A DNA stretch of 54,992 nucleotides from a virus (taxonomy: Duplodnaviria > Caudoviricetes): IMG/VR virus record IMGVR_UViG_3300032318_002733, positions 1-54,992 of that record; one strand, written 5' to 3'. Position numbers and translations under genes: made by a program. The notes under the pieces were generated by a model, which did not search any database, had not been told where the DNA came from, and worked only from the letters and a program-made list of their open reading frames with translations. Positions 19,329 to 28,305 of this stretch are shown one piece after another. Each line of letters opens with the position of its first letter. The first letter of the stretch is position 1.

Positions 19329-20210
19329 ATGAATACTGAGCAAATTTTACAATATTATAAAGATAATCAACATAAAGAGAGATATCAAATAGCAAGAGAA
19401 TTAAATATAAACAAAAACACTTTTTGTTCTCTAATAGATAAACATTTTCCTAATAGTGAAAAAATAAATCCTCATCTTGAACAACTAATATTAGAATTAA
19501 TAGAACAATTCCCTTATACAGGAACAAAATTAAAAATAGCTAAAATATTAAATATATCTAAACATTCTGTAGGTCAAACTATATTAAAAACAGATAATGA
19601 ACTTATTAAAAAACATTTTAATAAACCATTATATAGTGCTAAAAATATTACAGATGATGATATTTCTAAAATTTTAGAAGGAAGTAAAAAAGGAATAGGT
19701 AATGATTTAATGGGAGATATTATAGGAGTAGATGGTAGTACAATAAGATATGTTAGAAAAAAGTTTTTAACAAAAGAAGAATACAATAAATATCATTCTG
19801 CTTCTAAATTCTTATCACCCTGGTCTAAAGGGTATATAAATGATCGAGGAGATATATTTTTATCATCTTTAGAAGAAAAAGTTTGTAATTTTCTTTATGA
19901 AAAAAATATTAATTATAAATCAAATATTACCCTTAATTATCAAAATAAAAATTATTCTCCTGACATATATTTAGTTGATAATAATGTTTTCATTGAAATT
20001 TTCGGAATGAGTAATGTAGAATGTTACAAACATAGAATGTATGAAAAAATAAAATTCTATACAGAAAATAAAATCAAATGTCTTTTTTTATTTCAAGAAT
20101 CTTTTTATGACAACTTGGATTGGAAAGAAAAAATTATTACATTTATAAACGAAATAAAAAACAAAAAATACAATAAACAATTAACAGAAAAAAATTATGG
20201 GCAATTTTAG
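19329..20210 (+). CDS. Free-standing putative homing endonuclease (HTH repeats plus PD-(D/E)XK domain)
   Basis: SSLEE...YSPDIYL...FIEIFG; N-terminal HTH-like repeats; own TATTTATA at 19317; overlaps the queD start. Confidence 0.7.
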   Translation: MNTEQILQYYKDNQHKERYQIARELNINKNTFCSLIDKHFPNSEKINPHLEQLILELIEQFPYTGTKLKIAKILNISKHSVGQTILKTDNELIKKHFNKPLYSAKNITDDDISKILEGSKKGIGNDLMGDIIGVDGSTIRYVRKKFLTKEEYNKYHSASKFLSPWSKGYINDRGDIFLSSLEEKVCNFLYEKNINYKSNITLNYQNKNYSPDIYLVDNNVFIEIFGMSNVECYKHRMYEKIKFYTENKIKCLFLFQESFYDNLDWKEKIITFINEIKNKKYNKQLTEKNYGQF

Positions 20211-20668
20211 ATCAACTAAAGTGTTTGATGGGTACTCAACAGTTTTTCGCCAATGGCGAGCTGAGGGTACCCATTGTTAGCAAATTTCTTCATGGGTACG
20301 GTGTTTCCGTAAAAATTTGGTTTGAGGGTGAATTGGATGAGCGTAATTGGGTTTGGGATTTTGGCGGTATGAAACGTGCTAAAGGTACTATTGATGGTAT
20401 GAACCCTAAAGATTGGATGACTTGGTTACTTGATCACACTACAATTGTAGCAGAAGATGATCCCCAATTAGAATATTTTGAACAAGGAGCCAATCTAGGT
20501 ATTTACCAATTACGAATAATTCCATCGGTAGGAGCAGAACGTTTTGCTGAATATATTTACAACAAGGTAAATGATTTTATTGTACAAGAAACTAATAGTC
20601 GTGTTAAAGTAGCACAAGTTGAATTTAGAGAACACGAGAAAAATACAGCATTTTATAAAGGAGAATAA
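20197..20668 (+). CDS. queD: QueD (6-carboxytetrahydropterin synthase) interrupted by a 4-nt stop-containing insertion
   Basis: MGNFRSTKVFDGYSTVFRQWRAEGTHC-TAG-C-KFLHGY...WVWDFG...LDH...GAE...E. Removing 4 nt restores C-x3-HG. Confidence 0.85.
20226..20281 (+). other. Long RNA stem-loop ending at the last sense codon before the internal TAG (candidate recoding signal)
   Basis: UGAUGGGUACUC/GGGUACCCAUUG, CAGU/GCUG, UCGCC/GGCGA; 26 of 51 nt are G or C. Confidence 0.75.
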
Positions 20669-21189
20669 TGATTAAATTAAAAATCCTCTTAGAACAAGTT
20701 TTAAAAGAAATAGGTGATTTAGAAAATATCAAACCTTATAAATGGAATAATATTTCTAAAAATGAATATTATTTTCTAGATAAAGATAATGATGAAATAT
20801 ATGTTAATTTTAATTTATATGATGAAGAAGACATTAAATTTATCAAATTTTCCCATCATGTAAAAGATGCAACTAAAATATATAATGTATCATATTCTTT
20901 ACAAGGAAAACAATCCCAATATAAAAAAGACGATTACACTTCATTATTAAAAATTATAAAAACAGTATTTGATATAGTAAAAGATTTTATTTCTAATGAA
21001 AAACCTTCTGGATTGACATTTTTTGCAGGAAATAAAAATGATGATTTTATTTTATCTAAAACTGATCCTCAAAAAGGAAAATTATACAAAACTATTCTAT
21101 TAAAAAACATACAAAAATTTCCTGGATGGTCATTTGCTGATTCCAATTTAGATAATGATTTTAAAGGATTTTTATTTTACAAAAAATAA
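20668..21189 (+). CDS. Hypothetical protein with MIKLKILLEQVLKE leader-like start
   Basis: 173-aa ORF. Confidence 0.65.
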   Translation: MIKLKILLEQVLKEIGDLENIKPYKWNNISKNEYYFLDKDNDEIYVNFNLYDEEDIKFIKFSHHVKDATKIYNVSYSLQGKQSQYKKDDYTSLLKIIKTVFDIVKDFISNEKPSGLTFFAGNKNDDFILSKTDPQKGKLYKTILLKNIQKFPGWSFADSNLDNDFKGFLFYKK

Positions 21190-21190
21190 T

Positions 21191-21367
21191 ATGAAAATTA
21201 AGATAGGTGATAAAATTTATGATTCTGAAAATGAACCAATAATGGTTATTTTATCTGAACAGGATAAAAAGAATATTAAAAATATGCTTCCTGAAGCTAC
21301 TAAGTATTGTAGTTATCCTGAAGGTATGGAGATAAAGGTGATAAAGGATTTCATGAAATTAAACTAA
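21191..21367 (+). CDS. Hypothetical protein
   Basis: MKIKIGDKIYDSENEPIM; ATG right after the previous stop. Confidence 0.6.
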   Translation: MKIKIGDKIYDSENEPIMVILSEQDKKNIKNMLPEATKYCSYPEGMEIKVIKDFMKLN

Positions 21368-21372
21368 AAAAT

Positions 21373-22269
21373 ATGATAATAAATTTAGTACAAAACGGGA
21401 TATTTCCTATAAGTTATGATAAAGAGGGAAACCCTCTAAATCAAGAAATGGACACAGGATTAAAAATTCCTGGAACAGTTCAGGGTGAAGGTAAATGGAT
21501 TGGAACTAGTTGTATCTTTATTAGAACAACAGCTTGTAATTTAAGATGTGCTTGGGTAGGAGTAGATGGTAAAGGTTCTCCTTGTGATACACCTTATTCT
21601 TCCCATAAACCTGAAAAAAATAAACAAGAAATTGAAGATGTTATCGCTGTTGTTAAAGCAAATAGTAATAATGGAGCAATAAAGCATGTTGTAGTTTCTG
21701 GGGGTGAACCTACAATGCAAACAGAAAATCTAGAAGAACTTCTGAAAAGGTTAATAGAAGAAGGATTTAAAACAACCATCGAAACTAACGGAACTATTTT
21801 TAGTGAAGGTATTGCTCAATACACTAATTTATGTAGTATGAGTCCAAAATTAGCTTCATCTACACCTTGGGAAGCAAACCTAGTAGATACAGGTATTAGT
21901 TTCAATCAAAAATGGGCTGAACGTCATGAAAGAGATAGAAAAAATATTCCTGTAATTCAGTCATATATTGATAATTGCTATAAAAAAGATGAAAATGGAA
22001 ATGTTAATTATTCTAAAAGAAAACAATCCCATGATTTCCAACTAAAATTTGTAGTACTTCAGGAAGCGGATATTGAAGAAATAGAAAATGATTTTCTTGC
22101 ACATTTGAAAGGAGTAAATAACGATGATGTTTGTTTGATGCCAGAAGGAGTGACTGCTGAGGATTTAATGACACGAAGTTATTGGACTATTGAAGCTTGT
22201 ATTAAAAGAGGTTGGAGATTTACACCCCGTTTGCATGCTCTGCTGTTTGGAGTAAAGAGAGGAGTTTAA
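21373..22269 (+). CDS. queE: 7-carboxy-7-deazaguanine synthase (radical SAM)
   Basis: VQGEG, FIR, CNLRC...CDT, SGGEP, IETNG, SPK, LKFVV, PRLH. Confidence 0.9.
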   Translation: MIINLVQNGIFPISYDKEGNPLNQEMDTGLKIPGTVQGEGKWIGTSCIFIRTTACNLRCAWVGVDGKGSPCDTPYSSHKPEKNKQEIEDVIAVVKANSNNGAIKHVVVSGGEPTMQTENLEELLKRLIEEGFKTTIETNGTIFSEGIAQYTNLCSMSPKLASSTPWEANLVDTGISFNQKWAERHERDRKNIPVIQSYIDNCYKKDENGNVNYSKRKQSHDFQLKFVVLQEADIEEIENDFLAHLKGVNNDDVCLMPEGVTAEDLMTRSYWTIEACIKRGWRFTPRLHALLFGVKRGV

Positions 22270-22280
22270 TATTTATAACA

Positions 22281-22526
22281 ATGGAACCAAAAGTTAAATT
22301 TTTTTATAGTGAAGGTTGTGATAAATGTGAAAGTTTAAAACCTATCATAAATGAGTTTTCTAAAGCACTAAAAATTGAATCCATCAATACTGATGAAGAT
22401 ACTATTTTAACAGAAAATTACGATGTTGAATGGGTGCCTTCTCTGGTTGTGGAAAATGAACTTGGTAAAATCAAGTTTGAAGGAGTTGATGATATAAGAG
22501 ATTTTTTGAGAAAATTAACATCATGA
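22281..22526 (+). CDS. Thioredoxin-like protein
   Basis: CDKC, VEWVPS; TATTTATA at 22270. Confidence 0.8.
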   Translation: MEPKVKFFYSEGCDKCESLKPIINEFSKALKIESINTDEDTILTENYDVEWVPSLVVENELGKIKFEGVDDIRDFLRKLTS

Positions 22527-23023
22527 TATTGTTTACTGAACAAGAAATCCAAACTCAAGTAAAACAAATATCCCAAACCTTAAATAACATCTATACTCCA
22601 TCTATACCCGTCTATATTTGTGTATTAAATGGAGCCTTCATGTTTTTTACGGATTTGGTGAAAAATGTAGGACCTTGTTATATAGATTTTATAAAAGCAA
22701 AATCTTATGAAAATAACAATCAGTATGATGTACAAATATTGCAAGATATTTCTGTTTCTATAGAAAATAAACCTGTCTATTTGATAGACGACATATATGA
22801 TTCAGGTAATACCATAAATTATCTTATAGAGTATTTATCTCAATATAATCCTTCATCTATAACCCCAGTAACATTGTTTAAAAGACATACTTCTAAAAAT
22901 CCTAATTTGATTTATGGATTTGAATTACAAGATGAATCATTTTTGGTGGGTTATGGGTTAAATGCCTTTGATAACACTAAAAGAAATTTACCTTATATAG
23001 AAGGACATATCTTTGACGAATAA
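22523..23023 (+). CDS. hpt: Hypoxanthine/guanine phosphoribosyltransferase-like protein
   Basis: VLNGAFMF, YLIDDIYDSGNT, FLVGYGL. Confidence 0.85.
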   Translation: MILFTEQEIQTQVKQISQTLNNIYTPSIPVYICVLNGAFMFFTDLVKNVGPCYIDFIKAKSYENNNQYDVQILQDISVSIENKPVYLIDDIYDSGNTINYLIEYLSQYNPSSITPVTLFKRHTSKNPNLIYGFELQDESFLVGYGLNAFDNTKRNLPYIEGHIFDE

Positions 23024-23060
23024 TTTGTTAATTTAAAAATTTATTTATATATTATAGAAT

Positions 23061-24092
23061 ATGATTAATGAAATGAAAAATAATAACAGATATGAATGGT
23101 TAGATGAAGATACATCTAATTCAAAAATAATACCTTATGATTGTAAGGAAGGAACGTTATCATCTAATTTAGATAGAACATATGATAATAAATTTGAAAT
23201 AACTGAAGAATATAAAGCTAGTTTGGGAGATCTTCAAAATGGTCCATCATCTAATATACAAGGTTCCCATACTAAAATCCAACAAGTAGGTATTCATAAT
23301 TTTAGGTTACCCCTTAAATTTAAAAGAAAAAATGATTCAATAATAGAATTGGAAACATCTGTAACAGGTACTGTATCTTTAGAAGCTGAAAAAAAAGGGA
23401 TTAACATGTCCCGTATAATGAGATCATTTTATGAATATAAGGATCGAACTTTTTCTATTGATATACTTGAGGAAATTCTAAATACATACAAAAACAAATT
23501 AGGTTCATTTGATGCTCATATAATACTAAACTTCAGTTTCCCTATAATTCAAAAATCCTTACGTAGCGGAATGGAAGGATATCAATACTATAATGTTTCT
23601 TTAGAAGCTAACCATAAAAAAGATGGAACATTAAGTAAATTCATTCATTTTGATTTCGTTTATTCATCAGCATGTCCTTGTAGTTTTGAATTAGCAATGC
23701 AAGCTTTAGAAGAAAGAAATAAGGCCGTTGTATCTCATTCTCAACGCTCCAAATCTCGTATTATTATTGAATTTGATGGAATGGTTTGGATTGAAGATTT
23801 AAGAGATATGTGTGTTGATGCTCTCCAAACAGAAACCCAGGTAATGGTTAAAAGAGAAGATGAACAAGCATTTGCTGAATTAAACGGGGCAAATCTTAAA
23901 TTTGTTGAAGATGCGGCTCGTTTAATTCATGAACAACTAGAAAAAAATAATAATATTAAAGATTTTAAAATCATTTGCTCTCATTTAGAATCACTTCATT
24001 CACATGATGCCATATCAGTATTAATTAAGGGTGTGGAAGGAGGATTAACTTCTGATGTTCCTGTAGAAATATATAGAAGCTTGGTTTGTTAA
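23061..24092 (+). CDS. folE2: GTP cyclohydrolase IB
   Basis: GINMSR, CPCS, HSQRS, VKREDE, FVEDAAR, ESLHSHDA. Confidence 0.9.
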   Translation: MINEMKNNNRYEWLDEDTSNSKIIPYDCKEGTLSSNLDRTYDNKFEITEEYKASLGDLQNGPSSNIQGSHTKIQQVGIHNFRLPLKFKRKNDSIIELETSVTGTVSLEAEKKGINMSRIMRSFYEYKDRTFSIDILEEILNTYKNKLGSFDAHIILNFSFPIIQKSLRSGMEGYQYYNVSLEANHKKDGTLSKFIHFDFVYSSACPCSFELAMQALEERNKAVVSHSQRSKSRIIIEFDGMVWIEDLRDMCVDALQTETQVMVKREDEQAFAELNGANLKFVEDAARLIHEQLEKNNNIKDFKIICSHLESLHSHDAISVLIKGVEGGLTSDVPVEIYRSLVC

Positions 24093-24144
24093 ATTGGAAG
24101 TATTCCTTTAATTTTCATATATTTATAATAAATAAAGAACGATT

Positions 24145-25095
24145 ATGGGGACACCAATAGGAACTAGGTTTGGGAGTTTAGTAACTCTTGAAAAACCAAA
24201 AAAAATAAACAGAGCTTATGGAGTTTTATGTAGGTGTGATTGTGGAAATGAAAAAATATTCCAAATATCATCATTAAATAACGGAAGAACAAAAAGATGT
24301 AGAGAATGTTCCCGAACACCACTTCCTCAAGAATATTGTAACTTTATAAATCTTAAACATTCTAAAAATGAATTAGGAAAATTAATGGTAGAAATGGAAT
24401 GTAAAAAATGCAAGAATATTAAAATAGTAAAAAAAGCAACAATAAATGGAAAATATAAAGTAAACTGTCCTATATGTAATGAGGAAACTTCTGATAAAGG
24501 GATTTGTGTTACTATTTTTAAAAAAATAAAAGCAAATGCTAATAAAAGAAATATTGAATTTTTAATTACTAGTGAATATTTATATAATCTTTATATTAAA
24601 CAGAATAAAAAATGTGCTTTAACAGGAGTAGATATTATTTTAGTTCCTAAATCAATAAGAACAAACCATAATATTAATACTGCTTCCTTAGATAGAATAG
24701 ATTCAACTAAAGGTTACATAGAAAATAACGTGAGATGGGTACATAAAACAATAAACCAATTCATCTCAGATTTTTCAGATGATGAAGTTTTTTATTTATG
24801 TGATTTAATATTAAAAAATAACATTATATCTAATAATAATATAAATATAAACGACATAAATAAATTGAAACAAAGAAATACACTGAATACAACAAACAAA
24901 AAACAACAATCTAATCCAAAGAAAAAACCAATCCACCAATATTCTTTAGATATGGTTTTAATAAAAACTTATTCTAGTATAAATGAAGCTATAAGAGAAT
25001 TAAATATACCTTCCCCCTCAGGAATAATAGCTACATGTAAAGGAAAACAGAAATCCTCTGGTGGATTTATTTGGGAATATAAAAATACTAACTAA
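24145..25095 (+). CDS. Free-standing HNH-like endonuclease with NUMOD1-type tail
   Basis: CRCDCG, SLDRIDSTKGYIENNV, HQYSLD...GGFIWEY; TATTTATA at 24120. Confidence 0.8.
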   Translation: MGTPIGTRFGSLVTLEKPKKINRAYGVLCRCDCGNEKIFQISSLNNGRTKRCRECSRTPLPQEYCNFINLKHSKNELGKLMVEMECKKCKNIKIVKKATINGKYKVNCPICNEETSDKGICVTIFKKIKANANKRNIEFLITSEYLYNLYIKQNKKCALTGVDIILVPKSIRTNHNINTASLDRIDSTKGYIENNVRWVHKTINQFISDFSDDEVFYLCDLILKNNIISNNNININDINKLKQRNTLNTTNKKQQSNPKKKPIHQYSLDMVLIKTYSSINEAIRELNIPSPSGIIATCKGKQKSSGGFIWEYKNTN

Positions 25096-25116
25096 ACAAA
25101 CTTTTAATTATAAAAT

Positions 25117-25569
25117 ATGGTAACAATTTACGCTCACAAAAACCACCCAGATGCAGCAATTCCACAGGTAGCATATGGAAACACTTCAGCTTGTTTTGAT
25201 ATTACTTGTGTTGAAACAACAATCATACCAGCGAATGGTTCAGCAGTAATACCCAATGGTTTAAATTTAACTATTGATCAACACGAAAAATATTATATGA
25301 GAATAGACTTAAGATCATCTATGGGATTTAAAAAAGAATTATTATGTCACCCTGGAATAGTAGACCCATCATATACTGGAAATCTTGGGGTGAAAATATA
25401 TAATGTAAGTAAAGAGGACATTACAATTGAAAAAGGTGATCGTTATGCACAAATATCTGTATTACCTATCCCAAATTTTAAAATAAAGGAATTATCAAAT
25501 AACGAATGGGAGTCTTTTAAATCCACTCAAATAAGGGGAGATAAAGGATTTGGCTCTTCAGGAAAATAA
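25117..25569 (+). CDS. dut: Trimeric dUTPase
   Basis: ACFD, RSS, GIVDPSYTG, YAQ, RGDKGFGSSG. Confidence 0.92.
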   Translation: MVTIYAHKNHPDAAIPQVAYGNTSACFDITCVETTIIPANGSAVIPNGLNLTIDQHEKYYMRIDLRSSMGFKKELLCHPGIVDPSYTGNLGVKIYNVSKEDITIEKGDRYAQISVLPIPNFKIKELSNNEWESFKSTQIRGDKGFGSSGK

Positions 25570-25616
25570 TTTTGATAATTCTCGATTTCTTTAGAAAATT
25601 ATGATATGTATAATCA

Positions 25617-25751
25617 ATGAAAAAACTAAAACAAATACAAATTAGCATTGAACATTGGCAAAAAGTAAAAATATATTGTGCATGTAATAATATTAATATT
25701 AAATGTTTTATTGAAAAATTAATTGATGATACAACAAACAAAACAGTGTAA
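25617..25751 (+). CDS. 44-aa ribbon-helix-helix-like protein (not in ORF track)
   Basis: MKKLKQIQISIEHWQKVKIYCACNNINIKCFIEKLID: strand-helix-helix pattern; TATGTATA upstream. Confidence 0.55.
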   Translation: MKKLKQIQISIEHWQKVKIYCACNNINIKCFIEKLIDDTTNKTV

Positions 25752-26358
25752 TAAATGCAATTTGATTAAACCTATTAATGAATTTAGAACATTCTATTGC
25801 ATTCAATGTAAAAAGGAAATAGATAGGATTTATTATTTGAATAATAAAGAAAAAATAAAGAAAAAAACAAAAAAAGAAATAGCTTTATATAATAAAAATT
25901 ATTATTTAAATAATAAAAACAAGTATATAAAATACAAAGAAGATAATTTTGAAAAAATCAAAGCTTATAATAGAGATTATACTAAACAAAAATATTCAAC
26001 AGATCCAGATTTTAAAATAAGAAAATTATATTCTTATAGATTAAATATGGCTCTAAAATTTAATTTTAAATCTGGAAATACAATTGGGTATCTAGGCTGT
26101 TCAATTGAAGAATTCAAAAAATATCTTGAAACTCAATTTCTCCCCGAATTTACTTGGGATAACCATGGAGAAATTTGGGAAATTGATCATATAATACCAT
26201 GTTCTCACTTTGATCTAACAATAGAAGAAAATATAATTAAATGTTTCCATTATTCAAATCATCAACCATTGTTTAAAACAACAGAAATAGCCAAATCTTT
26301 TGGATATAAAAACCAAATAGGAAATAAAAATAAAGGAAAAAATAAAATTCAAAATTAA
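25726..26358 (+). CDS. Free-standing HNH/endonuclease VII-like protein
   Basis: CNKC...CIQC, LGCS, WDNHG, WEIDHIIP, CFHYSNHQPL. Confidence 0.8.
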   Translation: MIQQTKQCNKCNLIKPINEFRTFYCIQCKKEIDRIYYLNNKEKIKKKTKKEIALYNKNYYLNNKNKYIKYKEDNFEKIKAYNRDYTKQKYSTDPDFKIRKLYSYRLNMALKFNFKSGNTIGYLGCSIEEFKKYLETQFLPEFTWDNHGEIWEIDHIIPCSHFDLTIEENIIKCFHYSNHQPLFKTTEIAKSFGYKNQIGNKNKGKNKIQN

Positions 26359-26390
26359 GGCTTGGGAAACCAAGCCTTTTTTGTTATATT
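26357..26390 (+). terminator. Terminator hairpin overlapping a TTGG-N19-TATATT promoter
   Basis: AAGGCTTGG-gaaa-CCAAGCCTT followed by a T run; TATATT at 26385. Confidence 0.8.
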
Positions 26391-26397
26391 TAATTGA

Positions 26398-28260
26398 ATG
26401 TATCAATCAATTTACTATTCATATTCTGGAGAAGATAAAGGAACTTGTTATTTACGCGATGACATTAAGGGATGGTCTGAATTTAAATACTATCAACCTG
26501 TTTATAAATTAGATCCTGATGGTGAATTTGAAACATTGTTTGGAGATAGATGTTCTCGAGTAACAGGAAAATGGAAATGGGATGATCCTACTATTTTAGA
26601 AAAAGATGTACAAAAAGAATTAGCTGTATTAAGAGATTTATATTATAAGGGAGATTCTATTCCAAAATTCCATAACACTGTTTATTTAGACATTGAAATT
26701 GAAATATTAGGAGCACTAACTCCACAAACTATTAGAGAGGCAAACGCTCAAGTTACCTCTATTGCTTTAATAGATGTTAGTACTAAGAAAAAATATTGTT
26801 GGATTGTAGATACAACCAACAAAATTCTACCTTTAGATAAAGACAATAAACAAATTATTCCATGTTTAAATGAAAAACAATTATTATCAAGTTTTCTAGA
26901 TAAATGGATTGAACTAGATCCTACCATTGTTGTTGGATACAATAGCGATTTTTTTGATATTCCATACACATATTTTAGGATGAAAAAAATATTGGGAGAC
27001 AATATGGTTTTATATTTGTCTCCTATTAGAAAAATTGATGATAGTGTATATAATTCATACTCTCCTATTACTATAGGAGGTATAAGTAGTTTGGATTATA
27101 TGTTGCTAATAAAAAAATATATTATGAAGGAAGAACCTTCATATAAATTAGGGGATATTGGTTTAAAGTATGCTGGGTTAGGAAAAATTGAATATAATGG
27201 ATCTTTAGATAGATTGTTTTTAGAAGACCCAAATAAATTTATTGAGTATAATTTACGAGATGTTGAAATTATTGAGAAGCTAGAGGAAAAGTTACAATTT
27301 ATTAAGTTAACCATTCTAATTTGTCATTTATGTCATGTCCCTTATGAATCAATATATTATAACACAGTATTGAATGAAGGGGCTATTTTAACATACTTAA
27401 AACGAAAAAATATTGTTTCACCTAACAAACCAACAACCACCAATAAATCAATTAAAGAATTAAACATTGGTGATGATGTTATACATCAAAGAGGTACTCC
27501 AACTATTGAAGGAATCATCAATTATATAGATGAACAATCACAAAGAGCACAAGTCCAAACCAAATCAGGTACTATTAAAGATAGAAGTCTAAGAACAATT
27601 AGAAAAAAAGAGAGTTACGCAGGGGGGTATCTACTAGATGTGAAAGTAGGTCTACACAAATGGTTATATGATGAAGACGTAACCAGTATGTATCCATTCA
27701 TAATGATTTCTCTTAATATGGGGGTTGAAACTTTAGTAGGAAGAATGGTTGTAGATAATCCTAATTATAATTGTTGGAATAGTCTTTTAGAAATGGAGGA
27801 AATGGCTGATAATGATCCAACCAAAATAGTGGAAGTAGAAATTTTAGATAAGAAAAAATTTATTCTTAAGAAAAAAAATATTGAAATAAAAAAACTAGTA
27901 GACTTTATTAAGGAAAATAAATGGACCGTATCAGCTAATGGAGTGTTTTTTAGAACAGATTTTAAAAGCTCTGTAGCTGAAATATTGGAAAACGGTTTTA
28001 ACATTAGAAAGGATTATAAAGATAAAATGAAAGAAGCCCATAAAAATGGGGATCATGAAAAACAAACCTTATATAAAAACTACCAAATGGTTTATAAAAT
28101 TTTCATAAATGGAAATTATGGAACCAATAGCATCAACTCATATAGATTTTCAGATGGGTATAAAATAATATCTAGTGCTATTACAACAACAGGACAAAGA
28201 ACAATTCAAGAAAGTATTAAATATATCAATGAAGAAATTAAAAAAGAAATAAATTTGTGA
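26398..28260 (+). CDS. polB: Family B DNA polymerase, N-terminal part (exonuclease, motifs A and B)
   Basis: LDIE, GYNSDFFD, YNLRD, YAGG, DVTSMYP, KIFINGNYG, ITTTGQ. Confidence 0.9.
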   Translation: MYQSIYYSYSGEDKGTCYLRDDIKGWSEFKYYQPVYKLDPDGEFETLFGDRCSRVTGKWKWDDPTILEKDVQKELAVLRDLYYKGDSIPKFHNTVYLDIEIEILGALTPQTIREANAQVTSIALIDVSTKKKYCWIVDTTNKILPLDKDNKQIIPCLNEKQLLSSFLDKWIELDPTIVVGYNSDFFDIPYTYFRMKKILGDNMVLYLSPIRKIDDSVYNSYSPITIGGISSLDYMLLIKKYIMKEEPSYKLGDIGLKYAGLGKIEYNGSLDRLFLEDPNKFIEYNLRDVEIIEKLEEKLQFIKLTILICHLCHVPYESIYYNTVLNEGAILTYLKRKNIVSPNKPTTTNKSIKELNIGDDVIHQRGTPTIEGIINYIDEQSQRAQVQTKSGTIKDRSLRTIRKKESYAGGYLLDVKVGLHKWLYDEDVTSMYPFIMISLNMGVETLVGRMVVDNPNYNCWNSLLEMEEMADNDPTKIVEVEILDKKKFILKKKNIEIKKLVDFIKENKWTVSANGVFFRTDFKSSVAEILENGFNIRKDYKDKMKEAHKNGDHEKQTLYKNYQMVYKIFINGNYGTNSINSYRFSDGYKIISSAITTTGQRTIQESIKYINEEIKKEINL

Positions 28261-28305
28261 TATTTATAACCATACAATATATTTAAAAAAATCTAAATCT
28301 TTCAT

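Noticed and set aside
20225-20281. ORF-track N-terminus MMGTQQFFANGELRVPIVS for QueD
   Set aside because: TTG start with no QueD-like sequence; the real N-terminus with the catalytic Cys is in the other frame from ATG 20197
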